DNA from: Octopus bimaculoides
Taxonomy: Eukaryota
Length of the DNA stretch: 64,000 nucleotides
Reading direction: 5' to 3'
NCBI RefSeq assembly: GCF_001194135.2
Contig: NC_069002.1
Span: 30,710,546-30,774,545, forward strand
The number at the start of each line of letters is the position of its first letter. Positions within the stretch are counted from its first letter, which is position 1. The notes below the pieces were generated by a model, which saw nothing but the letters and a program-made list of their open reading frames with translations, made no database searches and was not told where the DNA came from. Both the position numbers and the translations under genes were made by a program. Of the stretch, positions 25,101 to 38,000 are shown piece after piece.

Positions 25101-27819
25101 AACCGTATTGTGGTGAGGAAAAGATACTAGGTTATCAACAAATAGTAAATTATTTTTTTCAAATATGGGAGACAACTCCTGTCCTCTTTCAGTCTTATTA
25201 GACCTCCTCAATGAAACAAATTTCACTGTATTTGGTGAAGTATCACTGATGAGAAATGGTTGAATATTCTGAAGGGAACTGTTTCACCAATGCAACAGAT
25301 ATGTTGAGAAATCACCCTATGACTTTCTATTGCAATCGTGTAGTGTGCAATGGACATATTTAGACATGTGTCAGTGGTGTATCATATAACAATCTGGACA
25401 TTTGTCAACTGGTATACAAAGTGACAGTCTTGACATGCCAGTTGTGTACAATGTGACAGATTTGACATTTATCATCCAATTTTGTTTTTTAAAATAGTCC
25501 CTTTAAGAGGGCTGGAAACCTTTGTAATTCTAAGTAAGACTATGAAGCCCTTAATAGTCTGTTAAAATATATATGATAAAAGAACCCCACTGAACACAAA
25601 ATCTTCTGTTGCTACGACTACAGCCACATCAATCTTGAAATTTTCTATTCCTACATTTACAGTTTCCAAGAATGAATACAGCACCATTTCCTTTTGTCAT
25701 CTGATAATTTCTATTAAAGGGAGACAATTCCATGTTGTCTGAACTATTTAGTGGAAAATGGATTTTGCTGAAATATTTGAATTATGGAAATTTAATATTT
25801 TGTAAAAAATAAAATATATTTCCCTGCAATACAACAAAGAAAAAAAATTTTATTAGAAAATATACTACAAAGAAATTTAAGGGATTCTTAAAAATTGAAG
25901 CCAGATTAGAGTTGAGATATGAGATAAGTGTGACTGTGAATAAAGTTGAATGCAATGTTAGTGTTTCTCAGTCAGTATCAATCTTTACTCAATGTTTTTG
26001 TCAGTCATTATCACTCTTCACCGAATGTGTTTGTCAGTCAGTATCACTCTTTACTCAATGTTTTTGTCAGTCATTATCACTCTTCACCGAATGTGTTTGT
26101 CAGTCAGTATCACTCTTTACTCAATGTTTTTGTCAGTCATTATCACTCTTCACCGAATGTGTTTGTCAGTCAGTATCACTCTTTACTCAATGTTTTTGTC
26201 AGTCATTATCACTCTTCACCGAATGTTTGTCAGTCATTATCACTCTTCACTGAATGTGTTTGTCAGTCATTATCACTCTTCACCGAATGCATTTGTCAGT
26301 CATTATCACTCTTCACCGAATGTGTTTGTCAGTCGTTATCACTCTTCACTCAATGTGTTTGTCAGTCATTATCACTCTTCACCGAATGTGTTTGTCAGTC
26401 AGCATCACTCTTTACGCAATGTTTTTGTCAGTCAGCATCACTCTTCACCGAATGTGTTTGTCAGTCAGCATCACTCTTCACCGAATGTGTTTGTCAGTCA
26501 GCATCACTCTTCACTGTTTGTCAGTCTATATCAATCTTTTATGTCATTCTTCAGTCAATATGTTTGTCAGTCTTTTATATCACACGTCAATCCATCACAA
26601 TTTGCTTGTCAAATATTCTGTTGTCTTTTCTTTTTCTATTCTAAATTCTTCATTTTGCATTTTTGAAATGTATGAAATGTTTCATGAAACTCTTTTAATG
26701 GAATTGTGGCGCCATCTTCACATCTTACCTTCTTCACTCATTATGCACTTTTCTTCTGTTATGTCTCTTTTCACCTTCTGTTGCACTCGTGGCAAACAAA
26801 AGAAATTGTTGTTGTTATTATTATTATTATTATTATTATTTAAGGCAGTAAGCTGGCAGAATCGTTAGCACGCCAGGCGAAATGCTTAGTGGTATTTTGT
26901 CTGCAGCTATACTCTGAGTTCAAATTCCATCAAGGTTGACCTTGCCTTTCATCCTTTCGGGACTGATAAATTAGATACCAGTAAAATACTGAGGTTGATG
27001 CAATTGACTACCCCCTCCCCCAAAATTGCTGCCCTTGTGGCAAAATTTCAAAGCTGGCAGAATCGTTAGCATGCCAGGTGAAATCCTTAGCAGTATTTTA
27101 TCTGTTGCNNNNNNNNNNNNNNNNNNNNNNNNNNNNNNNNNNNNNNNNNNNNNNNNNNNNNNNNNNNNNNNNNNNNNNNNNNNNNNNNNNNNNNNNNNNN
27201 NNNNNNNNNNNNNNNNNNNNNNNNNNNNNNNNNNNNNNNNNNNNNNNNNNNNNNNNNNNNNNNNNNNNNNNNNNNNNNNNNNNNNNNNNNNNNNNNNNNN
27301 NNNNNNNNNNNNNNNNNNNNNNNNNNNNNNNNNNNNNNNNNNNNNNNNNNNNNNNNNNNNNNNNNNNNNNNNNNNNNNNNNNNNNNNNNNNNNNNNNNNN
27401 NNNNNNNNNNNNNNNNNNNNNNNNNNNNNNNNNNNNNNNNNNNNNNNNNNNNNNNNNNNNNNNNNNNNNNNNNNNNNNNNNNNNNNNNNNNNNNNNNNNN
27501 NNNNNNNNNNNNNNNNNNNNNNNNNNNNNNNNNNNNNNNNNNNNNNNNNNNNNNNNNNNNNNNNNNNNNNNNNNNNNNNNNNNNNNNNNNNNNNNNNNNN
27601 NNNNNNNNNNNNNNNNNNNNNNNNNNNNNNNNNNNNNNNNNNNNNNNNNNNNNNNNNNNNNNNNNNNNNNNNNNNNNNNNNNNNNNNNNNNNNNNNNNNN
27701 NNNNNNNNNNNNNNNNNNNNNNNNNNNNNNNNNNNNNNNNNNNNNNNNNNNNNNNNNNNNNNNNNNNNNNNNNNNNNNNNNNNNNNNNNNNNNNNNNNNN
27801 NNNNNNNNNNNNNNNNNNN

Positions 27820-27864
<45 letters not shown>

Positions 27865-28266
27865 GGTTAAAAAGCAAGCTGGAACTGTTCCTTGTCTTGG
27901 AGTAATATTGCTAAAAAATTTGTGTGAACAGGCAGGCACACACACACACACACACAAATAAAGATGGACACATACACACAGAGTTGGACAGACACACACA
28001 CACACACACACTGATGGACACACACATACACACAGATGGACAGGCATGTGCACACACTCATTCATGTACAAACACAAGTATGCACAGGCATGTGCACACA
28101 AACAGACACATCAACACGCACACACGCACACGCGTTCTGAACTCACTCTGTTGCACATTATATTCTGTCAATATTGATGTATTTAAACAGACTTTCTGGC
28201 TACAGTGTACTCAATAGGTGATCAATATTTCCATTAATAATGTAATAATGCCCCCAAATATATATC

Positions 28267-28298
<32 letters not shown>

Positions 28299-31290
28299 AA
28301 CACAGACATACACAGATACATACATGCACACACATATACATACACTGCACGTACACACATACATAACATATACACATATAATACACTACACACATACACA
28401 TGTATATATATATACACACACACATATATAATATATACACACACACATGTATATACATGTACACATGCACATATACATATATATTTATACATACATATGC
28501 ATGCACATATATATACATATACTTACACACACATATACACACATGCATATATATATATATATATACACACACATATATATATAAACACATATACACGTAT
28601 GTATGTATGTATAATCTCAAAGCAAATTAAACCAACCGCTTTCTCTTGAATATAATGTTTACATTGAACTGATCCCTAACTTTCTCCCTAAGGCCCTATT
28701 ATCTATACTGGCTTGACCCCTAACCTCTACTCTTTCCACTCTATTACAATTCCACCAATCAAGCACTTATCTATATTAACGTCCAAACACTTCTATATTT
28801 CCACTAACTTCACAATATATTCTCTCTCCTGTGTTGAACTCGTTAAATATATTAGCTTTCAATTAAATTATCTTATAATAAATTGTTGTTAATTGATTTA
28901 GTTTCTGTGTTTGCTTTGCAAAGTTCTTGATGTGGAATCATCTGTTGAAACAGATATTGTTGTAGTTGGGGATGGTCATCTTTGGCCAATTTAACACAGG
29001 GTGTTCATTTAATTATTTGTTTTTCTTTTATTTTATTCCTTTCTTTTACTCGTATCTGTCATTTGACTTTGGCCATGCTGGAGCACACTACTTTGAGTGG
29101 TTTCAGTCAAATAAATCGACCCCAGGACTTCATTCTTAAGTCAAGTACTGATTCTATTAGTCTCTTTTGCCTTGGGGATGTAAACACACCAACCCCAGTT
29201 GTTAAATGGTGATGGGGGACAAACAAAGACACACACATAGATTATATATATATATATGATGGGCTTCTTTCAGTTTCCATCTGCCAAATCCATTCACATG
29301 GCTTTGGGTAGCCCAAGGCTATAGTAGAAGGCACTTGCCCAAGGTGCCACACAGGAAATGTGTCAAGTCCAACAGGAAACAGTGTTTCCTAGGGCTAAAT
29401 AACAGTAGCATTCTTCCTTTTATGGGACTGTCACATTAAGTTGACAACATGCTATCACATTAAAATATTTTAAAATAATCTCACTGTCACAGGTTCACTT
29501 CCAGCACTATCCACACCACTATACCTCACTGTTGGTCACACTTAGAATTTTCCTTTTTTCCTTGTTTCTGATACTCTCTAATTTAATCCTTCACTCCAAT
29601 ACTCCCCATTTGAAATAATCTCACCTTAATCCTTAAGCATTGAAACTGGCCATATCCAGTTTAAATATTCTGCCTGGTTTATGTTCAAACTGGCCAGATC
29701 TGGCCTCTCACACTTACACTACAATGTCATTCTAAAAATAAACTATCACATTGTTGAAATCTCGAAGCTTTGAGATAATGCATCGTTAATTTCCAAACAT
29801 TATGAATAAATAAGCATCACATTTGCCAGAATAATCTGAATGCTAAAATATGTACTCCCTACCTTAATAATCTTTTAGCATTTGTATACTCCCTATCTTA
29901 ACTTACCTAATGCACATCACCTTAGCCTCACCTTCGAATACTCCCTACTTTAAATTTCACATTTGTGAAGCCTTGAAGGGTTTTACTCACACAAACAGTG
30001 TATGGACAGGACAAACACATACACGCAAACCTCACATTCATGTACTCCTTACCTAAACCTCACAGTTGTATACTCCCTGTTTTAATCTTCTAATACTCAT
30101 TACCTAAACCTTACCATCTAATTCTCACTCGCTCACATTCCTACACTCCCTAAACATCACTTTGTATCCCCCCCTCCCTACCTTTTACCCACATTGAAGT
30201 ACCACACGCTCCCTAAATCTTAAATTCTGATACTTCATACCTGAATATGATGTTCCTACAATCCATATTAAATGCTCTCTTCGCAATAGTTTATTTATCA
30301 CACTCCTGAAACGGATCTTAATATATTTTATATTTCTATCAAAAATAAGAATTGACCATTTCGTACACTTCCAAGAAGTTGTGGGTCACCAGGTCCTGAC
30401 CTTTGAACTTTGGGTTAAATGCCAAGTTCAGGGTATGTCATAAGGTCGTGACCTCATCACTTCCTGCCATCTAAAGATATACAAAGCAACCGTTTGTTCT
30501 CTCTCACTTCATTAAACATTCAGTTTAAATGTTCAATTCTTCAGCTTTTTTTTTTCTTTCTTCCTGATTTCCTGTCATGGCTGGCAGAATAACATTTGAT
30601 GTCCTATTTTGTTGTACAATTCACAAATAAGGAAAAGAAAGAAGAAAAAAAAAACAAGTTGACTGTAACAAAGTTTTCTGTCTTCTCGGTCAAACCTGGT
30701 TACCTCTTGTTATATTTATCTCCAAAGATGGCGAGCTGGCAGAATCATTAACACACCAGGCAAAATGTTAAGTAGGACTTCATTTGTCTTTACGTCCTGA
30801 GTTCAAATTCTGCTGGGGGTCAACTTTGCCTTTCATCCTTTCGGGGTTGATAAAATAAGTACCAGTTGAGTACTTGGGGTCGATTTAATCGACTGGCCCT
30901 CTCCCCCAAAATTCCAGACCTTGTGCCTATAGTAGAAAGGATTATATCTATCGCCACTGCTTGGCCCATGGTTGCCTTCAGTGAAGTTTGCTCTGTTGTA
31001 AGTATCTGGACTAAGCTCCTTGCAGGGGTTAATGAAGACTTTGGGGATACACCAACACCCTAATTCTCTCTCCCACCCAATCCATATTCCATCTCTGTTA
31101 TCCCCACCACCCTCTCTTCTGAAATTCCACTCTGAATGGTGACGTCTACACACCATAGGAAGATTCCCTGTTCCTCACCGTTCACCTTTCTTGTCTATCA
31201 GCAAGAAACACTTCTAGTTATTCTAACTTAGCAGTTCAGCCAAAGAGAGTAATATAGTACCAGGCTTTAAAAAATAAATCCTGGGGTTAT

Positions 31291-31321
<31 letters not shown>

Positions 31322-34300
31322 TNNNNNNNNNNTCTCTCTCTCTCTCTCTCTCTCGGCAGGTTTTGTGCAGTTTCCACCTATCAAACTCACTCACAGGGCA
31401 TTGGTCAGCCTAGGGCTATACTAGAAGACACCTCTCCCAAGGTACTGCTTGAAGTGGTAATTGAACTCAAAACCATTTGGTTGCCAAATGAACCACCACA
31501 ACCATCTTAAACAACCTGAATAACAAAATTGACCTCAGCAAGATTTGAACTCAGAGTGTAGGGATCTAGCACAAAACACCACAAGTCATTGTATCCATTC
31601 TAAACACTTTACCATTTCACCCCACATCTAATAATGTTCTGGGACCCCGAAATGGTCTCACCATTAACTTTACCATTTTTAACTGATTCCAAAGAATATA
31701 TGTTCTGTTTATTTATTTATTTAGAAATAATTGAAAAGATTTTTGTCTTTGCATTTTTTTTTGTTTTTGAAGGTCTGCAAATACCAATTTGATTCTTTGT
31801 TCTGAGATTTTTATTTTATATTTGATTTTATTCTTTACTTCTGTAACTTTTCCCTCCCTCCCTTGTTTCTTCAGCTCTTTCAACACCAACTGGCAGCTAA
31901 ACATTCCTTGTACTATTCCACTACAAGACTTGGCCGTAATCTTAAAGACCGCTGCACAAAAAGCGACCAAGATCGAGATATTCTTCAAGCAATGTTGGAC
32001 CAACTGAAAAACAAGTGGAACCTTGTTCGATCTGTTGTCTCTAAAAGGTAAGACATTTAAAAAAGCTGTCATAAGACCTGTCATATGATGTGTCATAATA
32101 CCATTTTATTTGGTCTTAAGTATCTAGTACATTATTCACTTGGTGTTTTCTTTTACAGGTTTTTTTTTCATGTGACAACCCATAGCCTATTATTGCTGTC
32201 TTTCCTTAGTTATTGTTAGCTGATTGCTTGCAACCTCATCATCATCATCATCATCGTTTAACGTCCGCTTTCCATGCTAGCATGGGTTGGACGATTTGAC
32301 TGAGGACTGGTGAAACCGGATGGCAACACCAGGCTCCAGTCTGATTTGGCAGAGTTTCTACAGCTGGATGCCCTTCCTAACGCCAACCACTCAGAGAGTG
32401 TAGTGGGTGCTTTTATGTGNNNNNNNNNNNNNNNNNNNNNNNNNNNNNNNNNNNNNNNNNNNNNGTGTCACCCGCACGAAAACGGCCACGCTCGAAATGG
32501 TGTCTTTTATGTGCCACCCGCACAAGCCAGTCCAGGGGCACTGGCAATGATCTCGCTCGAAAATCCTACGGGAGCCAGTCAGGCGGTACTGGCAACGGCC
32601 ACGCTCAAAATGGTGCATCTCATGTGCCACCCGCACAAGAACCAGTCCAGGGACCCATTGTTACATAGAATGTAGCCCTTATACAATAGCCTGTAGCCGA
32701 GACAATTTATTGTTGGTAGTCCATAGCCTATTGTTAGTTGATAGCTTGTAAATTCAAGCTATTGCTAACTTGTAGCCTGCAGGAGTGGAAATAGCCATGA
32801 CCCCTATTAATGCTGTCTACCCGCCTATCTGTACCATGAAGCAGAGAAATACTTACTTGAGAGGAAGCAGTGGGCTGATCCAAAGATTGAAACATACAGA
32901 CCGCCTGACCCAACACCTGTTCCTATAGGACATTGACTAGTTTTATTTCAGCCCATCACCACCACCACATTTCCATGACATGTCCAAATATGGTATTGTC
33001 CAAAATGAAGAGTTTTTTTTTTCCATCTTTATAGTTAAAGCAAGAGATTGTATCAGTTACATGGTGTTACTCCAGGAGCAAAAGATACATAGTAATTAAC
33101 AAATTACCGATACAGTATCACTAGATGACCATTAGAAAGAACATCTAAGTATCAATATACTAGATGACTGTTAGGTTATTTAACTACCAATATATTGCCA
33201 CTAGATGACTGCCAGAGAGGACTTCAACAACCAATATAGTGCTACCTAGACTAATTGATTAGGTTTCCAATAATCTTCAATATTATATTGACAATATCTG
33301 TTTAGATTTACTCTCTAATTTCATAACCTTGATGATAAATTAATTGGTTTCTCTCAGAAACGTGTTGTACATATTTCTTGTTATCATTTCCACGATTCTC
33401 ATTACCATTTCCATATTTCTTTTGTTCCATTTCTTCAATTGAAATCTGCGACAGCTTTATACAATTAAGATCCTTTTCTCAATTAATTTATCCGTCGTTA
33501 GTAATTAAACCGCCTTTCATGTTGTCATAAACACACTCGAAATTACTTTGAGACGGCAATTTAATGCAGATCGGAACTGTATATGAAACGACGGCTGTTT
33601 AAGACTGGTTCACACAATATGTTATGAATATTTATAAACAAGCTGACAAGAACAGCAACAGCAACAAACCTGTGAAGCAAAGCTTTGAGCAAAACAAAAC
33701 CTAGATTGTATATTGTTAGTACATATTGTTGTTATATTGTATATATATGTTATTTACAGCATTGTGCTTTGTAACAAAGTATGTGTGCGTGAGAGAGAGT
33801 GCTGCTCGTTATTGAGTATATAGATGAATGAAATGATTAGGATATTTTCAATGGAATATATTTCTCTGTTAATGTGTTTGATTCTTGATAAACCAGTCCC
33901 GTAATCTATAACGTTGTGGAATTTTTGTGAGCAGATAGTTTAACACTGAGATGACTCCGTGTAGTCAGATGGGAAAACTGCAGGAAAAAAAAAAAATGAA
34001 CAGAAATGTTAGAAAAGTGTTAAGCAATGAGAATCTTTTGATGGGAAGGTGTATGGTGTAGTGGTTACGATGTCGATCTCGCAGTTCGTGGGTTCAATTC
34101 TCAGATCGGACATTGTGTTCTCGAGCAAGGTACTTCATTTCACATTGCCTCTGTAAGCTCAGCTGAAAATGAGTAACTGTGGCATCTGAGGATGGGGGTG
34201 GAGAGCAGGAGGGGGTTAATTCTATGACAGACTGGTGCCCTATACACGGGCGGTGGTGGTGGAGTTTTAGACTTTTGATCTAGATTCCTTGTAATCTGAA

Positions 34301-34485
34301 TAAGCCTCAAAGGAAATATCTTTTGATGTTGAGTTGTGGAAAAACGATTTCTGGTAAGAAATCTGTTTCCTAACCACTTGGTTCCAGGTTTCAGTCCCAC
34401 TTGGGCAAGTGTCTTGTACTGTAACCTCAGGCTGACCAAAGCCTCGTGTGTGGATTTGGTACACGGAAACTGAAAAAAAGCCCAT

Positions 34486-34519
<34 letters not shown>

Positions 34520-35034
34520 ATATCTATGTGTGTGTGTAACTGCAGTTCAGCAAAAGATATCGATAGATTAAGTACCAGACTTATAATATAAGTTCAGGGG
34601 TCAATTTGTTCAAATTAAAGCTTGAAGCAGAAAATAAACAATTACTGAGCTGAAGCCAGAATAAACCCCATCATTTTTGATGGGTACTGCACCAGTAGAG
34701 AGAAAGAGAGAGAGAGAGGGGGGCGGAATTGAGCTAAAAAGCTTTGGACAGCCTTGTAAGGGGGTTCAACCATGTATTTATGGAGTGTGTTGGCGGTAGG
34801 TTGGTTACTGCAATCTGTCTCCCACCTAATTTGTGGGTTACGTGTGCTGCGCAGGAATTTTCTTTCCTCCTTTCAAAACTAAATATGAAATGAATGTGTG
34901 TGGGAGGGAGAGGAGAGAACCACATTGCAGAGAGAAATATTTTAAATATCAAGGACTTTGAAAGCTTTCATTAGCACAGTCTTTTCCACAACAACTTCGT
35001 TGTATTCTCTCTCTCACACCTCTCTCTCTCTCAC

Positions 35035-35071
<37 letters not shown>

Positions 35072-38000
35072 TCACACACACACACACACACAGAGCGACA
35101 TTTCTATATAAACTAGTTTAGCTAGATTTTACAAGCTGACAGACAAGATCTGTCCAACTTGATGTTTAATATCATCAAGTTGTTTACTTTCTATTTAATC
35201 AAAGCAGAAAAGAAAAAAAAAAGAAAGTGAAAAAAAGAAAAAACAGTCATAATGACACAGCTTGCCAAATATGGTAGTACTTTACATACTGGCCAATATG
35301 TGTGATGACTGACAAATGCGGGCTGTTTCTTTCTCCTGTCCTCNNNNNNNNNNCACTCTATCTACCTCTTCTATGACCCGTCCTTCTTTTGTTCAACCTG
35401 TTACTCCGTTCAATGGAAAGATACCTGTTATTACGAGTCCCTTACTAGAGATAGATAGATAAATAGATAGATAGAGAGGCTCTACGCAGTTGCTTCACCT
35501 GTTAGACATAGCAGTCAAATTACCTGCAATCTCAGTATTTTTTTTATTATTATTAAGATAAAAGAGGTATTGTACATAACGTAGTCTTTGATATACTCCC
35601 TAAAAAAATGGGATGGTTACAGCTGGAACGCCTTTAATCAATGGTCAACTTTATCAGGACTAAATTGGTGATAAACAACAAAAGGCTGGCTATTTGTTTA
35701 GCTTGCTAAACAGCATGAACTTTTTGGTACACTAACTCGTCTTAGCTGGACAGGTTAGTGTGAGTGAAAGATCGCAGTGAGTGAGTGAGTGAGTGACGTT
35801 TCTACATTGCTTTACCTGTGATTGTATGTTAAGGTGTAAGAGGGCGGTAAGGTAGTAGACGTCGCTGGAGGAGAAGACACCGCCGCCGCCACCATCATCA
35901 CCATCGCCACATAGTTGCCGCTTTAAATAATCTCTCTCTTTCTCTCGGGGAAAAAAGTTATGGATGACGGCAATTACCCTACCAGCACTTCTGCAGATTA
36001 CGAATTCCTCGTTTGGCCGAATGTCGACACAAGTTATAGGTAAAGATAAAAAAAAAAAAATACACATACACACGGGTAAAAACAATCAAACAATGGCTTT
36101 TAATAATTAGTAGCAATTAATTATAACGAGAAGGCACTAATATGAAACTTTCTTTTAATCTTTTTTGATTACTAATTTCCGTTTATTAAATTGTTTTGGT
36201 TCGCATTCCCCCCTCTCTCTCTCTCTCACTCTCTCACACACACTTTTTACTGTTACGGAAGTTTTTTTTTAATTTTAAATCTATTTATCGATGTTTTATT
36301 TTTTAAAATATTAACTGTTCTTTAAAGTAACATCTGGTTTATATATATATAAAAACTTTAAATTAAATATGAATTAAAATCTCAAGCAAAAACGAGGAAA
36401 CGTCCTGGAAACTTTCGACGTTCGCTTTTTAATTAAACAAGGTCATTGTTTTATACTTCCTAAATATTTATTTAATTTAATAAATATATATCCTTAATTA
36501 CATCAGTGTAATTAAACAATCTCGGCTTTCACAGAGTTTCTCAATAAACTTTGGTTCCTACCTGAGTTTAACAACCTCTCAGACTCACGTTAAAACGACC
36601 ACAGGTGAATCTCCATATATATACAATGCCTATATTTCTTAATGCTTTTATTTTCTTATCTTCCAAATATTTTCTAATCCTTATTTTAGCCCGCGTAATA
36701 CTAATTGATCGGGCGTAAATAAATATTTCTCCTGAACTTTTTCGTTGTAAAAACACTAAAATGGCGATGTCATTTTTGTCAATACAGGTGACCCGTTTCT
36801 CATTAACAGGTGTAACAACTCTTCAGCTTTTTCTCTAGCACTATTGGAATTTCTGCTTAATTTAGCTCTACTAACCTGTTGTTATTTCTTCATAAAGCAT
36901 CTCCGGTTATATAATACTTGTTTATATATATATATATATATATATAATCTTAAAAGAATAGTGTTTCGTTGTTTTAACTATAGTTGTTGTTGTTTAACCC
37001 CAGGTCAGTCCTAAACAAGTAAATCTACTATTAAAGGCATTCCACTCGTGACTGTCCGGTTTCCTTTTCAGGCATAGTTCATCTAGGACTACTTTATTCA
37101 GTGTGTCCTTTCTTATTTATTCTCAGCTCAATCTGATCAATCAGGTCTATGATTGAAGGCGTTCCACCTGTGGCATTTCCGTATTTTCTCCCCCCCCCCC
37201 CACCATCGCATAATATATCCAATACCACATCCAGTGTCCTGTTGTTTAACCCTTTAGTCAACACTGACCAACACACAGACACACACATAGAGCTATCATT
37301 AAGGACAGTTCGTCTGTGACCATCGTGTCTCTTCCATGGTCAGAACTACATTTTCAAACGTATTCTTCTATAAATCTTTTCAAAGGCGGTAGAATATAAG
37401 GAGATTTTGTTGCTATTTCTAGGAAGCCAGAGGACTTAATAGTAGTTCACCCTGTCATTTCAGTGAAAACTCATTGTCAGTGTGGGTGTGTGTTGACATT
37501 CCACCAAACAGTACTTGTATGACAATAAACTAAAACTTAACACACCTCATCAATCAGTTTAACAACTCACAAACTATTATCAGGTTACATTACCTTCCTA
37601 TTTCTCTCTGATCAGTGGCTGACATTCAGTACAGAGCAGTTTCACTAACTTTCTACCTGAGTACCTGGGTCTTCCTTCGGACTATTTCTATTGCCACCAT
37701 ACACACACACACACACACACACGGCTGTCACTTTGTTTAAAAAAAAACTCTTTAATGTTGTTATTGTTTATCTTGGCTGCTAGAAATGTTTAACTTCCGA
37801 TTACCTGAACATGTACCTGAACTACAACTGCTACACGCATGCGACAAGCACTCTCTCTCAAACACACTCAAACCTTGACAAATATAGAGGGTAGTTTGTC
37901 AGGGTATTCAGTACCCTGGCCCAGCCCTGTTCTCTTTTCCCCTCTCCCTATACTGTACACCCTCTTTCATTCCTACTACAGGTAGCCGCTTCTCTGTTCC

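Noticed and set aside
25969-26600. CRISPR-like array, or a coding repeat protein from the 200+ aa ORFs
   Set aside because: The units are contiguous with no unique spacers, the context is a eukaryotic intron, and the ORFs follow from the stop-free 33-nt unit.
26971-28101. Long ORFs made of X (also 23641, 51345 and 60547)
   Set aside because: They are artefacts of N gaps.
35732-36085. 117-aa minus-strand ORF
   Set aside because: It is antisense to the candidate first exon and simple repeats, with no domain signal.
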